In this document: one piece after another, positions 23,869-36,041 of the stretch
Layout: each line of letters opens with the position of its first letter
How positions within the stretch are numbered: position 1 is the stretch's first letter
NCBI GenBank assembly: GCA_951804945.1
Contig: OX638149.1
Span: 14,694,001-14,758,000, forward strand
Reading direction: 5' to 3'
DNA: 64,000 nucleotides
DNA from: Podarcis cretensis
Taxonomy: Eukaryota
Made by a program: the position numbers and the translations under genes
Notes under the pieces: generated by a model
What the model saw: the letters and a program-made list of their open reading frames with translations, nothing else
What the model was told of the DNA's origin: nothing
Database searches by the model: none

Positions 23869-26050
23869 CAGTCGGTGAAGTCTAATAAGGCTACAAAGGG
23901 AGCCTAGTGATGCCTCTAGATATAGTTCTAGGCATGAAATAGGAAGAGTAGAATCTAAGTGCAGGTCCTGTGTCTGTGCAGGACTCAGTCCTACTGTTGA
24001 TGATGCCGTAACATTACGTGTACAAAATAAGTGGTCCAAAACAGAGAGTCCAATATTACTGTCTCCCCCTCGAACCCATAGACAAAGCAGAGGATAGGAT
24101 TGTAACTAGCTTACTGCCACACAGCACCAGAAATATCCATGTGCAGGATGGGATCACACCATCTAGGAGCAAAGAAATAGGAGCTTGCTGATGGAAACTT
24201 TGGTGGCGGGGGGTGCTTAACCTATAGGGGTGGGTGTACTTTGCACAGACAACAAAGACTCATCAGCCAGGAGAACCAAAAAGATATAAAGGGAATAGCA
24301 CTTGAGATCTCAGTCTTGCCTCAGTACTTTAGATATCAGCATGAACCAACTCCTCTTCTTCAAATGAAGCTGCAAGGCCAAGGCACTCCAAGTAAGCAAA
24401 AGAGAGAGGCTCACCAGGGAGAGGAGTCCATCCCTCAAAGCATGATTCCTGAACATCCTTCATTTCTTCCCTATAAATGCTCCAAGGAAGGAGAGGGATG
24501 TGTAGAGCTACTCACAAACACCAGCGGCCACAGAAATGTGCCCTACCACCTCCTCACTGCAGTTAAGACAAAAAAATACTGTAAAATTCTAAATATGTTT
24601 CAAGTATAGTAAAATAAGCCAATGTTAATATTCTCTGCTGTTCTCCAGAACCCTAAAGAGCCATCCACATTTTGCACCATTAGTTTGGCCCTGGCCATAT
24701 TATCTTTCTTTTTCACTGAGAATGACTTTATCATATACAGTGTGATGCAGAATATCAAAGGAATTAAAGCTTCTTGACCTCAGTTCCAATTTGTATGATC
24801 ACTCAGTGGGGATTTCTTTGAAGCTCGACTTGGTACTTTAGTACCTCCCTGAAATGGAAATCGGCAGTAACCTGTATAATTATGCATTCCAAAGCTACTT
24901 CGTGTTCTTTCTAAACCTTGGGAGAGTGAATTAAACACTCCCAAGATTTCAGCTGCAAAAACACGGCACTCGTTAAGAAACTTCATTTTGCGATTCCATT
25001 CTTAGGCCCAAATTCCGTGTTGCATTTTGAGGACCTAGGAGCGCTCCTGCAAGTCTCTTCCATATCAAAAACACAACGCATGGGACCATAGTATCACAGA
25101 GCTGGGATAAATCCAGTGGATCACCGGATCTAATCCCCACTCATGGGCCTCAGATGTGGTGTGGCTAGCAAACTCTTCATTCCTGAGCACCACTTTGAAG
25201 GTGGTGTATTGCATTATTGTTATTATTATTATTAATTATTATTATTATTATTATTATTATGCAGTATATCAAATTTATGAAATAAGTAAATAATAAACGT
25301 TGCTGACATAAGAGCAGCTAAACATCTCTGGGAACCTTGCCATACCTGGTATTAGTCACCCCTGTTAGATTAATTTCCCTGGAAATGTTTCTTCCTTCCT
25401 TAAATTAAGATCGTGCAGGGTTCCCCTTACTGACACAGTCCAATGATCCATTTAGCCTGCCATTTTGCCTCTCGTAGTAGACAAGCAAAAATGCTTCAAT
25501 GAACGCTTAGTAGGGCATCATTTTTCTTCTACCCAAAATGGCAGAGTGTCCTTCTGTTGGGCAGAAGGAACCAATGGGCTGCTAGAGAAACTTCTAGTAC
25601 CACTTCCAAAGCAGCAGCAAACCTTTCTGCTGTTATTCAAAAGAAAGAAAAACTTAAAGAAACCCACTGCTACAGGCTCCTTAAAAAGCCAGGTCTCAGC
25701 TACACTGTCTGCTGCCTCCCCTCCACCCCACCCCATCAGATTGTTGAAAGAAGCTGGACCTAAAGCTTTGGATCAGTTCTAGTATCCTATAGTAGCACAA
25801 AGGGAACTTCCAGACAACCTGTTAATTATTGAGCATTCATTCTGATTTGTTCGTAGGGACGTTAGATGATGTTGCGTCAAAATAAATGCTCTCTCACACT
25901 TTCCAGTGTATTTTCTTGTCATTTCCCTTACTGAAAGAAGCCTGTTGCAGCTTTGCTGTGAAAGACCTTCCAATCAACTGCAATAAGCACAACCTGATTT
26001 AGTCAGCATATGACTGAAGTCATTGTATGTGATTTGGAGCTGTCTATATG

Positions 26051-26403
26051 TTTAAACCACTGAGCCTCTTGGTCGGCGGTTCGAATCCCCGTGACGGGGT
26101 GAGCTCCCGTTGCTCGGTCCCAGCTCCTGCCAACCTAGCAGTTCGAAAGCACGCCAAAAAAAGAAGTGCAAGTAGATAAATAGGTACTGCTCTGGCGGGA
26201 AGGTAAACGGCATTTCCGTGCGTTGCTCTGGTTTCAGTGTTCCATTGCGCCAGAAGCAGCTTAGTCATGCTGGCCACATGACTTGGAAAAACTGTCTGTG
26301 GACAAACGCCGGCTCCCTCGGCCTATAGAGCGAGATGAGCGCCACAACCCCAGAGTCGTCTGTGACTTGACTTAACCATCAGGGGTCCTTTACCTTTACC
26401 TTT
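26051..26403 (+). mobile_element. Sauria SINE, 5'-truncated, inserted into a MITE-like repeat
   Basis: Box B GGTTCGAATCCCCG, Sauria body and TTTACCTTTACCTTT tail; followed by an ATTTAAAGCAC...GAATCCTGGGAA...CTACAGTTCCCAAGATTC repeat also seen at about 32490 and 40655. Confidence 0.88.
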
Positions 26404-26657
26404 TATACATTTAAAGCACATTTAAAGCATATGACCACCCCCACCCCTCAAAGAATCCTGGGAATTACAGTTTCTCTCAAGCAGGGTTATAATTCCCAGC
26501 ACCCTTAAAAACTACAGTTCCCAAGATTCTTTGGGGGACTGACCTCTGAAGCAGTCTGTTCCACTGCTGGACACTCACACCAGAAAAGGTATCTGAAAAT
26601 CCAGCCCACCCACCCAAAAAAAGAGAAAATCTCTGCAGCATGCAGTTCAGTTTGGTA

Positions 26658-26903
26658 CAGTCGTACCTCGGAAGTCGAACGCCTTGCGCCTCAAACGTTT
26701 TGGCTCCCAAACGCCACAAACTCGGAAGTGAGTGTTCCGGTCCGGTTTGTGAATGTTCTTTGGAACCCAAACGTCTGACGCAGGTTCTGATCGGCTGCGG
26801 GAGCTTCCTGCAGCTAATCAGAAGCTGTGCCTTGGTTTCTAAACATTTTGGAAGTTGAATGGACTTCCGGAACGGATTCCGTTCGACTTTCGAGGTACGA
26901 CTG
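26658..26903. mobile_element. Tc1/mariner (Tigger-like) MITE
   Basis: TIR CAGTCGTACCTCGGAAGTCGAACG / CGTTCGACTTTCGAGGTACGACTG, flanked by TA on both sides. Confidence 0.88.
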
Positions 26904-27144
26904 TATAAAGATTTGCCAACTGCAAATCGAAACCTGTCCACTGTGATCTGAATCCAAGCAACGCACAGCTTGTTCATCCTTGACCAATGGTTGCAAAGAC
27001 TTGATGTAGCAGATCAGCCTCCTAAGGGACTGAAACATCATTGCTATCCAGTCTTGATCCCAGATACATTTGAATTTTTTACGTTTCCTGTTGGGCTTTA
27101 AATGCTAATGAAGGAGTAACAAAGCGATGGAGAGATTCAAATAC

Positions 27145-27328
27145 CTTCCCAATCCCCGGGTTTTCTTTGACTTTCGACACAGCTCTTAAAAGGCATGGCG
27201 GTGCAGGAGGAGGACACATCTGCAGAATGCCACTAAAATTAGTGGCGTAGATGGAGAATTCATGGGAGTGCAGCAATGGGGCATGATGCTTCTTTCTCTT
27301 CGAGGACAGGTTAAGTTTCTGGGCGGCT
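27145..27328 (-). CDS. KIF26A: KIF26A exon (184 bp), pre-motor region
   Basis: ctttgttcAG|AGCCGCC ... GGGAAG|GTATTT; encodes (R)[61 protein letters not shown], a conserved KIF26 block that joins in phase to VKVM. Confidence 0.93.
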
Positions 27329-29641
27329 CTGAACAAAGTAATATTGAAGAAAGAAAGAAAAAAAAGGACAGTGTTATTATCTAGGAGGATCAATTTAGGC
27401 CAGTAAACCAGATGTTCAGTGCCATCGCTGCCTGTTGAACAAATCAAGCCATTTCTTTTTGCAATCAGATTTCATGAGAACCTTTCGCCAGGAGATTAAT
27501 AGAAGGAAACAGGGGCCAAAATATGGCTGGCATGACATTTGTGCAATTTCTCTCTCCAGTAGAGTTTCAATTATATCCTTTTTTAAAAAAAGAGAGAGAG
27601 AGAGACTTTTGGCAAGAGCTAAGAAGAAGAATCAAAGGTTGCCAAAGCCTCACGCCATTAAATGCTGAAATCATCCCCTTGTCACTCGCAGGCCCAGATG
27701 GACTTTGCCACTGCTCTGTTCACTAAGAAGTTATATTTTGTACCTAACAATTGAAGAGACAAAAGGGAAATGACTTCTGGCTATGGTTTACACAGGAGTT
27801 ATATTTTGTACTTAACAAGGTAAGAGACAAAGTGGCTTCTGGCTATAGCATAAGCCAGTTGGGTTGTGAGCCCCACTAGGGGGGATGGGGAGAGACAGTT
27901 GCATTTTCAAGCACACAAAAAATGAGAGCCCATGGCAGAATTCAGTTTGGTTCAAATGGATCAAATTCAATGTCCCTAATTTTTCATGTGCAGGTAACAT
28001 TTCTGCATGGAGGAGCATTTGGTCATGAGAGTTCCAACCTATAGTCTGATCTGGTTGAGCCCAGACTATAGCTTTACATCCGCATTCAGAATTTGGCCTT
28101 CAATGTGTAGAATGCCTATTTTGCTTTGATGGAGCAGAACATGATCTCCAGATACAGAATCTCAAGCAGTTCAGCTGGGACCAACTGTCATGTGATTCCT
28201 CCCCTCCTAGAACTGTCTCCCAATACAGCAAGATCAACTCCATTAGCTTTGGCCAAGGCAAGCAGATATTCGGCTCCTCCCCTCTCAGACCTGTTTCCCT
28301 CAGCGGCCATTTCACCTGATCCCAACAATAATCATGAAAGGATCTGTATTTGTATTTGCTTCCTTTCCTGCTCCCTTTTATATTGTATCTAAGGTATAGA
28401 AATACTTGGGAATAAATGCCTTGGAAGAAAGGTAACGTGTAACTGGATTAAGCAAAAAACAGTGCAATCCTACACATGCCTATTAAGAAAAGAACAATGG
28501 ACTTACAAGAAAGTGTGTACAGAGTTGTATAAGTAAAGAAGACATGCATGAACATCACTAAGGTTGACTCCCATTCCTCCAAAATTAAGAGAAACATTTG
28601 CCCACTAGAAAAATGGCAGAATCTGAAGCAACATCTAGTAACAAAAGTAAGGCTGAAAGGCAGCGCGAACCAAGGGGCCACAGAAAACAGTTCCATCTTA
28701 AAAGCACAATTTAATTTACATAATGTTTACATAAATGTGATTGACAACTGACATGAGGATTGTCTTGCAATTCAAGGACATTACTGCTGCATTTTTGGTC
28801 CTCATGCTTAAGTTTATTCTCTACGGCCAAACATCCACGTCTCAAAATGTTCCCGGGTTTATAAATGACACTTCCCATATTTTTGATTAATAGGGAATAT
28901 TATGCATATTCTAGCTTCCATTATGTGCTATAACATGGAAATAACAAACAGGGGGGAAATAGCTCTGGTGAATACTTTCAAAGCTCTATGAAGGGATGTA
29001 CACGGAATCCTGATAGATTAATGATTGCTTCAATACAGTCTGCAAATGGAGTCGCCTTGGGAGAAATATATAAAAGAGGATGCCAAGATTGAATTTACAC
29101 ATCCAATGTTTATTCAGACACCCAGGCTGAGTGTTAATAGCCAGATACGTTTAGCATACACAAGGGGATCAGCGAATGAAAAATGTAGGTCAAGTATGCT
29201 GTAAAGGTGTAAGTTCTGCCATAAAAGCCAAGGCCACAAACCAAGTTAGCTGTGCTCAGATGCACTGAAATCAACGGACTTAAACACATCTGACTGTGTT
29301 GGATTATGGCGTAACTTTTTAAAATAAAAAGGGCCAAAGCTGCCCACTGGAACTGGTAGGGTAAAAGTCAAGAATTCTAGCCAACGACAGGCAGAGCCCA
29401 ATAATTCTAGGTATTCCTCCATCCTCCTCACTGCCAAGTTCTACAAAGACGAAACGGAGGCTAAGGAGGAGGAAACTGACAGCCAGGTCTGCCTCCTGGA
29501 CTGGCTGCATAAGAAGGCAGGGTGTTTAGGGTTAAACCATGTCTAGGATGCCTAGGGAAGGATGTCAGTTTCAGCAACTGATTTTCATGGAGGAAGTCCA
29601 CCAGGAATGAGTTGCTCTGCTCATTAGGCCTGACGCTCAAC

Positions 29642-30156
29642 CAGGGGCGCCGACTTATAAAAAATATTGGGGGGGCGGGGGCCCATACCGACTTATAAAA
29701 AATATTGGGGGGGCCCAAGACCTCCAAACCGCTGCTGCTGGGGGAACGAAAGGGGCGAGCCCCGGGCTGCCCCGACCTTAAGTGAACCTGTGAGGGCCCG
29801 CCCTTTGCGGCAGCCGATTGGCTGCCGCCGTGGGCGGTGAATATTAATGAGCTAGGGGGAATCCCCGCTTCTCGCGGGGCTGACGCCAGCCCCGTGAGAT
29901 TGTTGATGGGTCGAGAGCCCGCAACCCCACCCCCTCTCTAGATCGGGAGTGGCTTTGTTTTAACTCATTACTGAATGTATTTTAAAAGGTAACTATCGTC
30001 AAACAAGGAAAATAAAAAATACCAACATAATTTTGTGATTTTACAAAGCATAATATAACTAATAATTTTTTTTAATTATTGGGGGGGCGGAGTCCCCCCA
30101 AACGAATTTTTGAGGGGGCTCGGGCCCCCTCAGGCCCCATGGAGTCGGCGCCTATG
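29642..30156. mobile_element. Non-autonomous hAT transposon (515 bp)
   Basis: 14-bp imperfect TIR CAGGGGCGCCGACT / AGTCGGCGCCTATG; perfect 8-bp TSD CGCTCAAC (29634-29641, 30157-30164); CpG-rich interior. Confidence 0.88.
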
Positions 30157-30211
30157 CGCTCAACCAAGTCTGTGGAGATCGTGTTTTTGCTAATAAAGAG
30201 TTAACTCCATC

Positions 30212-31078
30212 TTTTTTTTTTTTACGTTTGGCATTTTATGATTTTATTAAATTTCACCACCACCACCACCCTGCACAATACCATTTTGAGGCTTTGCCTC
30301 TTTTTCTCCTTTCTGATGCTGATGGTGGCTTTCTAAAAAGTTTAGAACATGTGAGCGGGGAAAGAAGTGTGTTTTGTGGTTGCTAGCCAAAACAGCAGCT
30401 TCTGTGGTCAGAAGTGGGCTATGCAGTGGTGGCGACTTGTAGTGGGGGATGGCTCTCACCATCAGTATGCCCTCCTCCTCTTGTTCCTTTTTTTTTTTTG
30501 AATAATATTTTATTAAGGGTTTTCTTGTTTTACAGTGTGAGTGTAATGCCTCGTATTTTTTTTCTCCATGTAACATTTTTACAAATCCAGCATGGACCAG
30601 TGGTACCAAATAGTATGGGAAACAGCCCTACTAGAAAAATTAACTAATAAACTGAAACTGACACGGGGACAAACAGAAGACACCTTCACCCCGGTATGGC
30701 TCCCCTTTATCACATACACAGCCCAACAGGACAATGACAATAATCCACCAACAGCATACAAATCAATATGGCTAACCTGATCCAAAACACCCACCCACCC
30801 CACTCACACACGAAAACAAAGATCACCACAGCCAATCACAAACAAACAATCACACCCTAGGCCAACCCCAACTTCTCTCACCACCAAAGGAACACAAGTG
30901 AACAACACAAGCATGCTGACACCAAACTCTACATACATTAAGCAAAATAGAAACACCGCTACCCGACCCCACCCCCATCCATCTCCCCTCCCTCCACCCC
31001 CTTTCTTTTTCTTTTCTTTTTTCTTCTTCTCCCCCTAATGCCTCAACAAATGAAACGGATTTGTAAAAATGTTACATG
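30212..31078 (-). mobile_element. L1-type insertion with 5' inversion and putative 3' transduction
   Basis: TSD GAGTTAACTCCATCTTT (30198-30214, 31079-31095); poly(T) runs at 30212-30223 and 30488-30499, each paired with AATAAA on the minus strand; inverted ORF2-end/3' UTR segment at 30589-31081 (MDQWYQIVWETALLEKL...FTPVWLPFITY). Confidence 0.8.
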
Positions 31079-33699
31079 GAGTTAACTCCATCTTTGAACT
31101 GTGCAATTACTGATCGGCACACTGCTGTGACATTCTGGCATGTTGAGAGAAGGAGGGGAAAACTTCTTCCTATCCACTTTTTCTGCATCATGCATAATTT
31201 TATGCGCCCCTTATCCTATCGCCCATTCCAACTCGCCTTTCCCTGAACTAAAAAGCCTTCGAATGATTTTAGGGAAAAGCTGAAGCAGCTGCTAGAGAGG
31301 GTCATTAACAATAAGAAAGGCCAAATGCAATGCTAATTTTACTTCACGTGGATCTTTTAAATATATACCAGACATTACAGTGCCCTCAGAGCACCCATTT
31401 GTACATGAAAGCATTTGGAAGAGCATCATCTGCCTTCTTAGTCACTTCTGAAGAGTATTAGAAGTATTGTTGGCACCAACGATTTCCAGCAGCAGATTCA
31501 GTGCATGAAAAGAAAGGGAGCCCCGGCTGAAAACAAGATGGAGGACTTAGATGCATGGAATGCAATGATCAAAAAGGCAAGGATTACCCAGTTACCCATC
31601 GGATCTTGGAATGACCACAAGAGAGCCTAGACTATTTATACATTAAATGCAAGACAGCTGCTCCCCCAGCATCTTTTGAGTTCCTGAGCCACTGGGCCAA
31701 TGTCAAGAGGCAGAGCCGCAGTTTGTACCACACATGATGCCTCTTGCAGCAAAAAAATTGAGCAGCTGCTACCTTGGTGGGCTTCCTTGGAGGAATTAAT
31801 AAAGCTACGCTGTAACCAAAACTGGCATGGCACCGCGCCTGAAACAGCAACCGGGAGAGCAAGCAATTTTAATTCCCAGAGTGCTCACCGATTCCAGAAC
31901 ATGCTTAGCAGTTTGCCCATATGGCGGAAGGAGGGTAGCGCTTAGCCCCATGACAAAAGTAAGTGAAATCTGTTTTGTTTTCCTTTCAAATGCCTCGGAT
32001 GTCGACAGAGGTGGGTCATACCAACTTGTGGCAGAATTGCACTTTGGGTGAAACCCAGAGGCAATTCTAGGACACGACGAGAAGATGTTTGGAAAGCTTC
32101 TTCCAAATCATTGTTCTGTTTAGGCGCCGGACTTTTCTGTGACTGCAGCCAGCTGTGCCACGCCAAATATCTGCCATAAAAAGAACGTTGCTTTGTCCAG
32201 GTGCAGCAATTTGTGCATATGGCGGACATGGCGATCTGGCAAGGAAAGCCTGCACTGGAAAGTTTCAATGAATACCATTTACGTAGTAAAGAGGTTCAGT
32301 GGTCAAGCACGTGTTTTCCATGTAAAGGTTCCCAGTACAATCCTTGCCAACTCCAGTTAAGGTGTGGAAACCCTGAAGATCTATCAGCCACTCAGTATAA
32401 GACAAGGCTGAGGTATATGGACAAATGGTCTGATTTCAAATAAAGCAGCCTTCTACATAAAACAGAAAGAGTAAGGCTGCTTGCCTTTATTTAAAGCACC
32501 TTTCCCACTCCTCCCCAAAAAAGGAATCCTGGGAAATGTAGTTTGTTAACAGCAACCCTCTTGGGGTAAACTACAGCTCCCAAGAGTCTTTGGAGTGTGT
32601 GTACTTTGAATATATGATGTGTACACAGCCTAAAATCTAACACAGTTACGAGGACAAATGAGCGATAACATGGTTTCCATTTACCTTCTTCAAGCTTATC
32701 ACTGACATATTTCAAAAGAAAGAGCCTGTGGTTGATTTCTAGCTCATGCACGTGACATAAATTAGTTCTCTCCTTCTGTTCAATCCCTAGCATAATTCCC
32801 AGACACAATCCGCAAGGCTGAGAAATGAAGGGATGCAGAAGTGGAGGAGGACAACAATGAGATGGAAGGACCACATGTTTGATTCCCGATGAGGAAGCTC
32901 CTCAAATTCTGACTAAGGTTAAGACGCATGCACTATTCCTTTCCTTGCACTTATGTAGCCTTCTAAAAGGACTCCAGAAAAAGAAGCCAAGGCACAGACT
33001 TTCAACAGCTTTCCCAATTAAGGCTTCTGAAATGCCGCTGTATATTAAATTCCCCTCCGACTGTGAGATCTACTGTCTGCATTTTGCTTAACTTTTCATC
33101 TTTAATAGAAGTTGTCTTTTAAGATGCTCCAGAGAGTTCTTTGCTCATAGCTAGGTGTCACAGCAGAAAATAAAAAATGAATATATGGCACAAGGAGGAG
33201 CACTCAAATATCAAGTGACAAGGGACAGGCCTCTAACCCGCTCTTTCCTCTGCACAATTTACAGATTGCTCAGTTGGCTGCTGTGCATGGAAGGCGAGGC
33301 AAAGCACACAGGGAGCCGGAGAAGACCAATTAACTAATGGCCTGCATCTGGAGAACAAAATGAAAGAGGAGGTGACAAACCCAGATACAGAAAGAAGTTC
33401 ACACTGGCCTGGTTTGCATGCAACACAAAACCATGGTCTAAAACACATCATGGTTTACCCAGTAACTTTATTGCAAATGATTAGCGTGCTGGTGCATGTT
33501 ACTCACTTACTCCTTACTCCTCCTTCCATGCAGTATAAGAAACAAACTAGAGTATGGGCTTAGCCCATACACTTGGGTTTGCTTCCTCTCTCATCCAGCA
33601 CACGGAGGGGTCACTGGAATAAATGGGCAACGGGCAACAGCATGCTGCTCAATCATGATAAGCCATGCTTTGTTTTAGACAATGGCTTTGTGTTACATA

Positions 33700-34052
33700 G
33701 GGACGCGGGTGGCGCTGTGGGTTAAACCACAGAGCCTAGGACTTGCCAATCAGTAGGTCGGCGGTTCGAATCCCCACGACGGGGCGAGCTCCCGTTGCTC
33801 AGTCCCTGCTCCTGCCAACCTAGCAGTTCGAAAGCACATCAAACTGCAAGTAGATAAATAGGTACCGCTCCAGCGGGAAGGTAAACGGTGTTTCCGTGCG
33901 CTGCTCTGGTTCACCAGAAGTGGCTTAGTCATGCTGGCCACATGTCCCAGAAGCTGTACGCCGGCTCCCTCAGCCACTAAACCGAGATGAGCGCTGCAAC
34001 CCCAGTGTCGGCCATGATTGGACCTAATGGTCAGGGGTCCCTTTACCTTTAC
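33700..34052 (+). mobile_element. Sauria SINE, full length
   Basis: GGGACGCGGGTGGCGCTGTGG head, (ACCTTT)n tail, 13-bp TSD CTTTGTGTTACAT (33686-33698, 34053-34065). Confidence 0.95.
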
Positions 34053-34067
34053 CTTTGTGTTACATGC

Positions 34068-34455
34068 TGTCATGGACCGGGAGTCAGCTTCACCTGCTGA
34101 ACAGCAGCCTGAAGAGGGAGAAGATGGAGTGACTCCACCAGCAGCTGATCAGTCTTCAAGGACTCAGAGGAGAAGGCGCTGATATGAACCAGCTGGCTTC
34201 AGCCTTCTTAAGGCAGGGCTTCCAGCCTCACTCAGATGCTGGAAACAATGCTTATCAGGCCTGGTCCGACCTTGCTGCTTCTTGTCCTTTGATCATCAGA
34301 TTCCCTGACCCCTGGACTGTCTGACCATGTTGCCCGACCCTAGGACTGGACCTGACTTTGGATACAGACGCTGTCAATAGGCAGAGACTCTGTTGGTTGG
34401 CTGGGTTCCCAATCCACTGAGTTCACTCCTCGTTACTCAGCACGAGATTATAACA
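34068..34455 (+). mobile_element. Solo LTR, Gypsy-like (388 bp)
   Basis: TGTCATG...TATAACA termini; 5-bp TSD CATGC/CACGC differing by one CpG-type change. Strand is tentative. Confidence 0.72.
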
Positions 34456-34824
34456 CACGCCAAAAAAAACTGCTGAAATGTGTCTCTGAGCCTGACCTAC
34501 AAGCTCCAGAACAGGGGTAAGTAAAGGTGAGGCTGCTTGTTTGTTTGCTTGTTTGTTTGTTTGTTTGTTTACTGGATGCTAATGAACCAGGCACTCAGAG
34601 GGGCAGTTGCACATTTAGAACTGAGGACGCAGAGTGATATTAGCTCAGTGCCAGAAGACATACACTGGATGAACAAAGAACCGAGTTCAATTCCTAGTAT
34701 CGCCTCTTTAAAGGATCTGAAAGCAGATGATGGAAAATAACTTTCCCAGTCTCAGACCCTGGAGAGCTGAGGCCTTTCAGTATGGAGAATACTGAGCTAG
34801 ACAGGAAAATAATCTCACCAGATA

Positions 34825-35076
34825 CAGTGGTACCTCTGGATGCGAACGGGATCCGTTCCGGAGCCCCATTCGCATCCAGAAGCAAACGCAACCCGCGCCC
34901 GTGCATGCGCAGGTCGCGATTCGCCGCTTCTGTGCATGTGCGTGACATAATTTTGACCGTCTGCCCATGCGCGTGCAGTGAAACCCGAAAGTAACGCGCT
35001 CCGTTACTTCCAGGTCGCCGCAGCACACAACCCGAAAATACTTAGCCCGAACCTATTTCAACCCGAGGTATGACAG
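34825..35076. mobile_element. Tc1/mariner-type MITE inserted into an older SINE tail
   Basis: TA-CAGTGGTACCTC ... GAGGTATGACAG-TA; interrupts AATACTGAGCTAGA...TAAGGCAGCTTCCTA, a Squam2-like tail also seen near 32400-32455 and 47640. Confidence 0.8.
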
Positions 35077-36041
35077 TATAAGGCAGCTTCCTACGAACAG
35101 TGCACATTTAAGGACACAGCCTAGGAATTTGTTTACAGTACCTGGACTGAGATCACAGTCATCTCTCACTACTGGTTTTCCTCTAAACTCTCTTCATTTC
35201 ACCAGCTTAATTTAGGCGTGGGTGTGGAACAATTTTGCGGTTGCCATTGTTGAAGGATTAGGCGTCGATAACCTTTGATGATCTGCTGCACGTCACCCAG
35301 AGATCAGCCTTCTGTCCATCCCACCCCAAATAAAGGCACAGATGCCATCACTGAGGAATAGAGTAAAAGAATGCCAGCCACCAAGCGTTCTTTGAAATCT
35401 GCCTGCAGATAAGACAGATACAACCTTTACAGAGCAGTGGGGAAAGTCGAGAAGCATCCTAGGTTCATTGAATACAGGTAGCGGTGTTTTTTTTTCTGAT
35501 TCTAGGTTTGTGGGGTGGGTTGTGGGGTGGACAGAATTAGGTCTGCAAGCCTGGAGAAAATGTCAGGTATGGCTAGTAGTGATAAGCTAGCATCTGTGAC
35601 ATTAACCAAGAGGATGCATACAAACACAAACCAATCTCTAGAGCAGTTTTGCAACCATTTTTTTAATTAAAAAAAAATCCACTTTTTTTAACACAAGGTG
35701 AAAGAATTTAAGGGAAAGTAAACACACATAGGATGCTCTAAACTTCCTCTTAAAAGCAGGCAACCTAACTGAAACACTGATGAGGAATGAGACTGAAGGC
35801 TGATCCGGCTGACATGGAAATTATGACGCCTCTAGGAAAGCTGACTCATGCTGAAGGAGCTGCTGTGACTTTTCTTCAAATGTTTTGTCTGTCTTCATTA
35901 CAGATGGATGCATCTGCCTATTTCCATTTCATGTCAGTTTCATATGCATCTAAATCATAGGTCCATTTGGTTCAAATTTTTTGGTGAATTTAAAAACACA
36001 CATTAAAAATGTGAATTTAAATAGTACACACTTCCTACAAA

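Noticed and set aside
35777-35800. Other CTGANGA motifs as further hammerheads (also near 16233, 45323, 49642)
   Set aside because: No helix II followed by GAAA and no closing helix I was found by eye.
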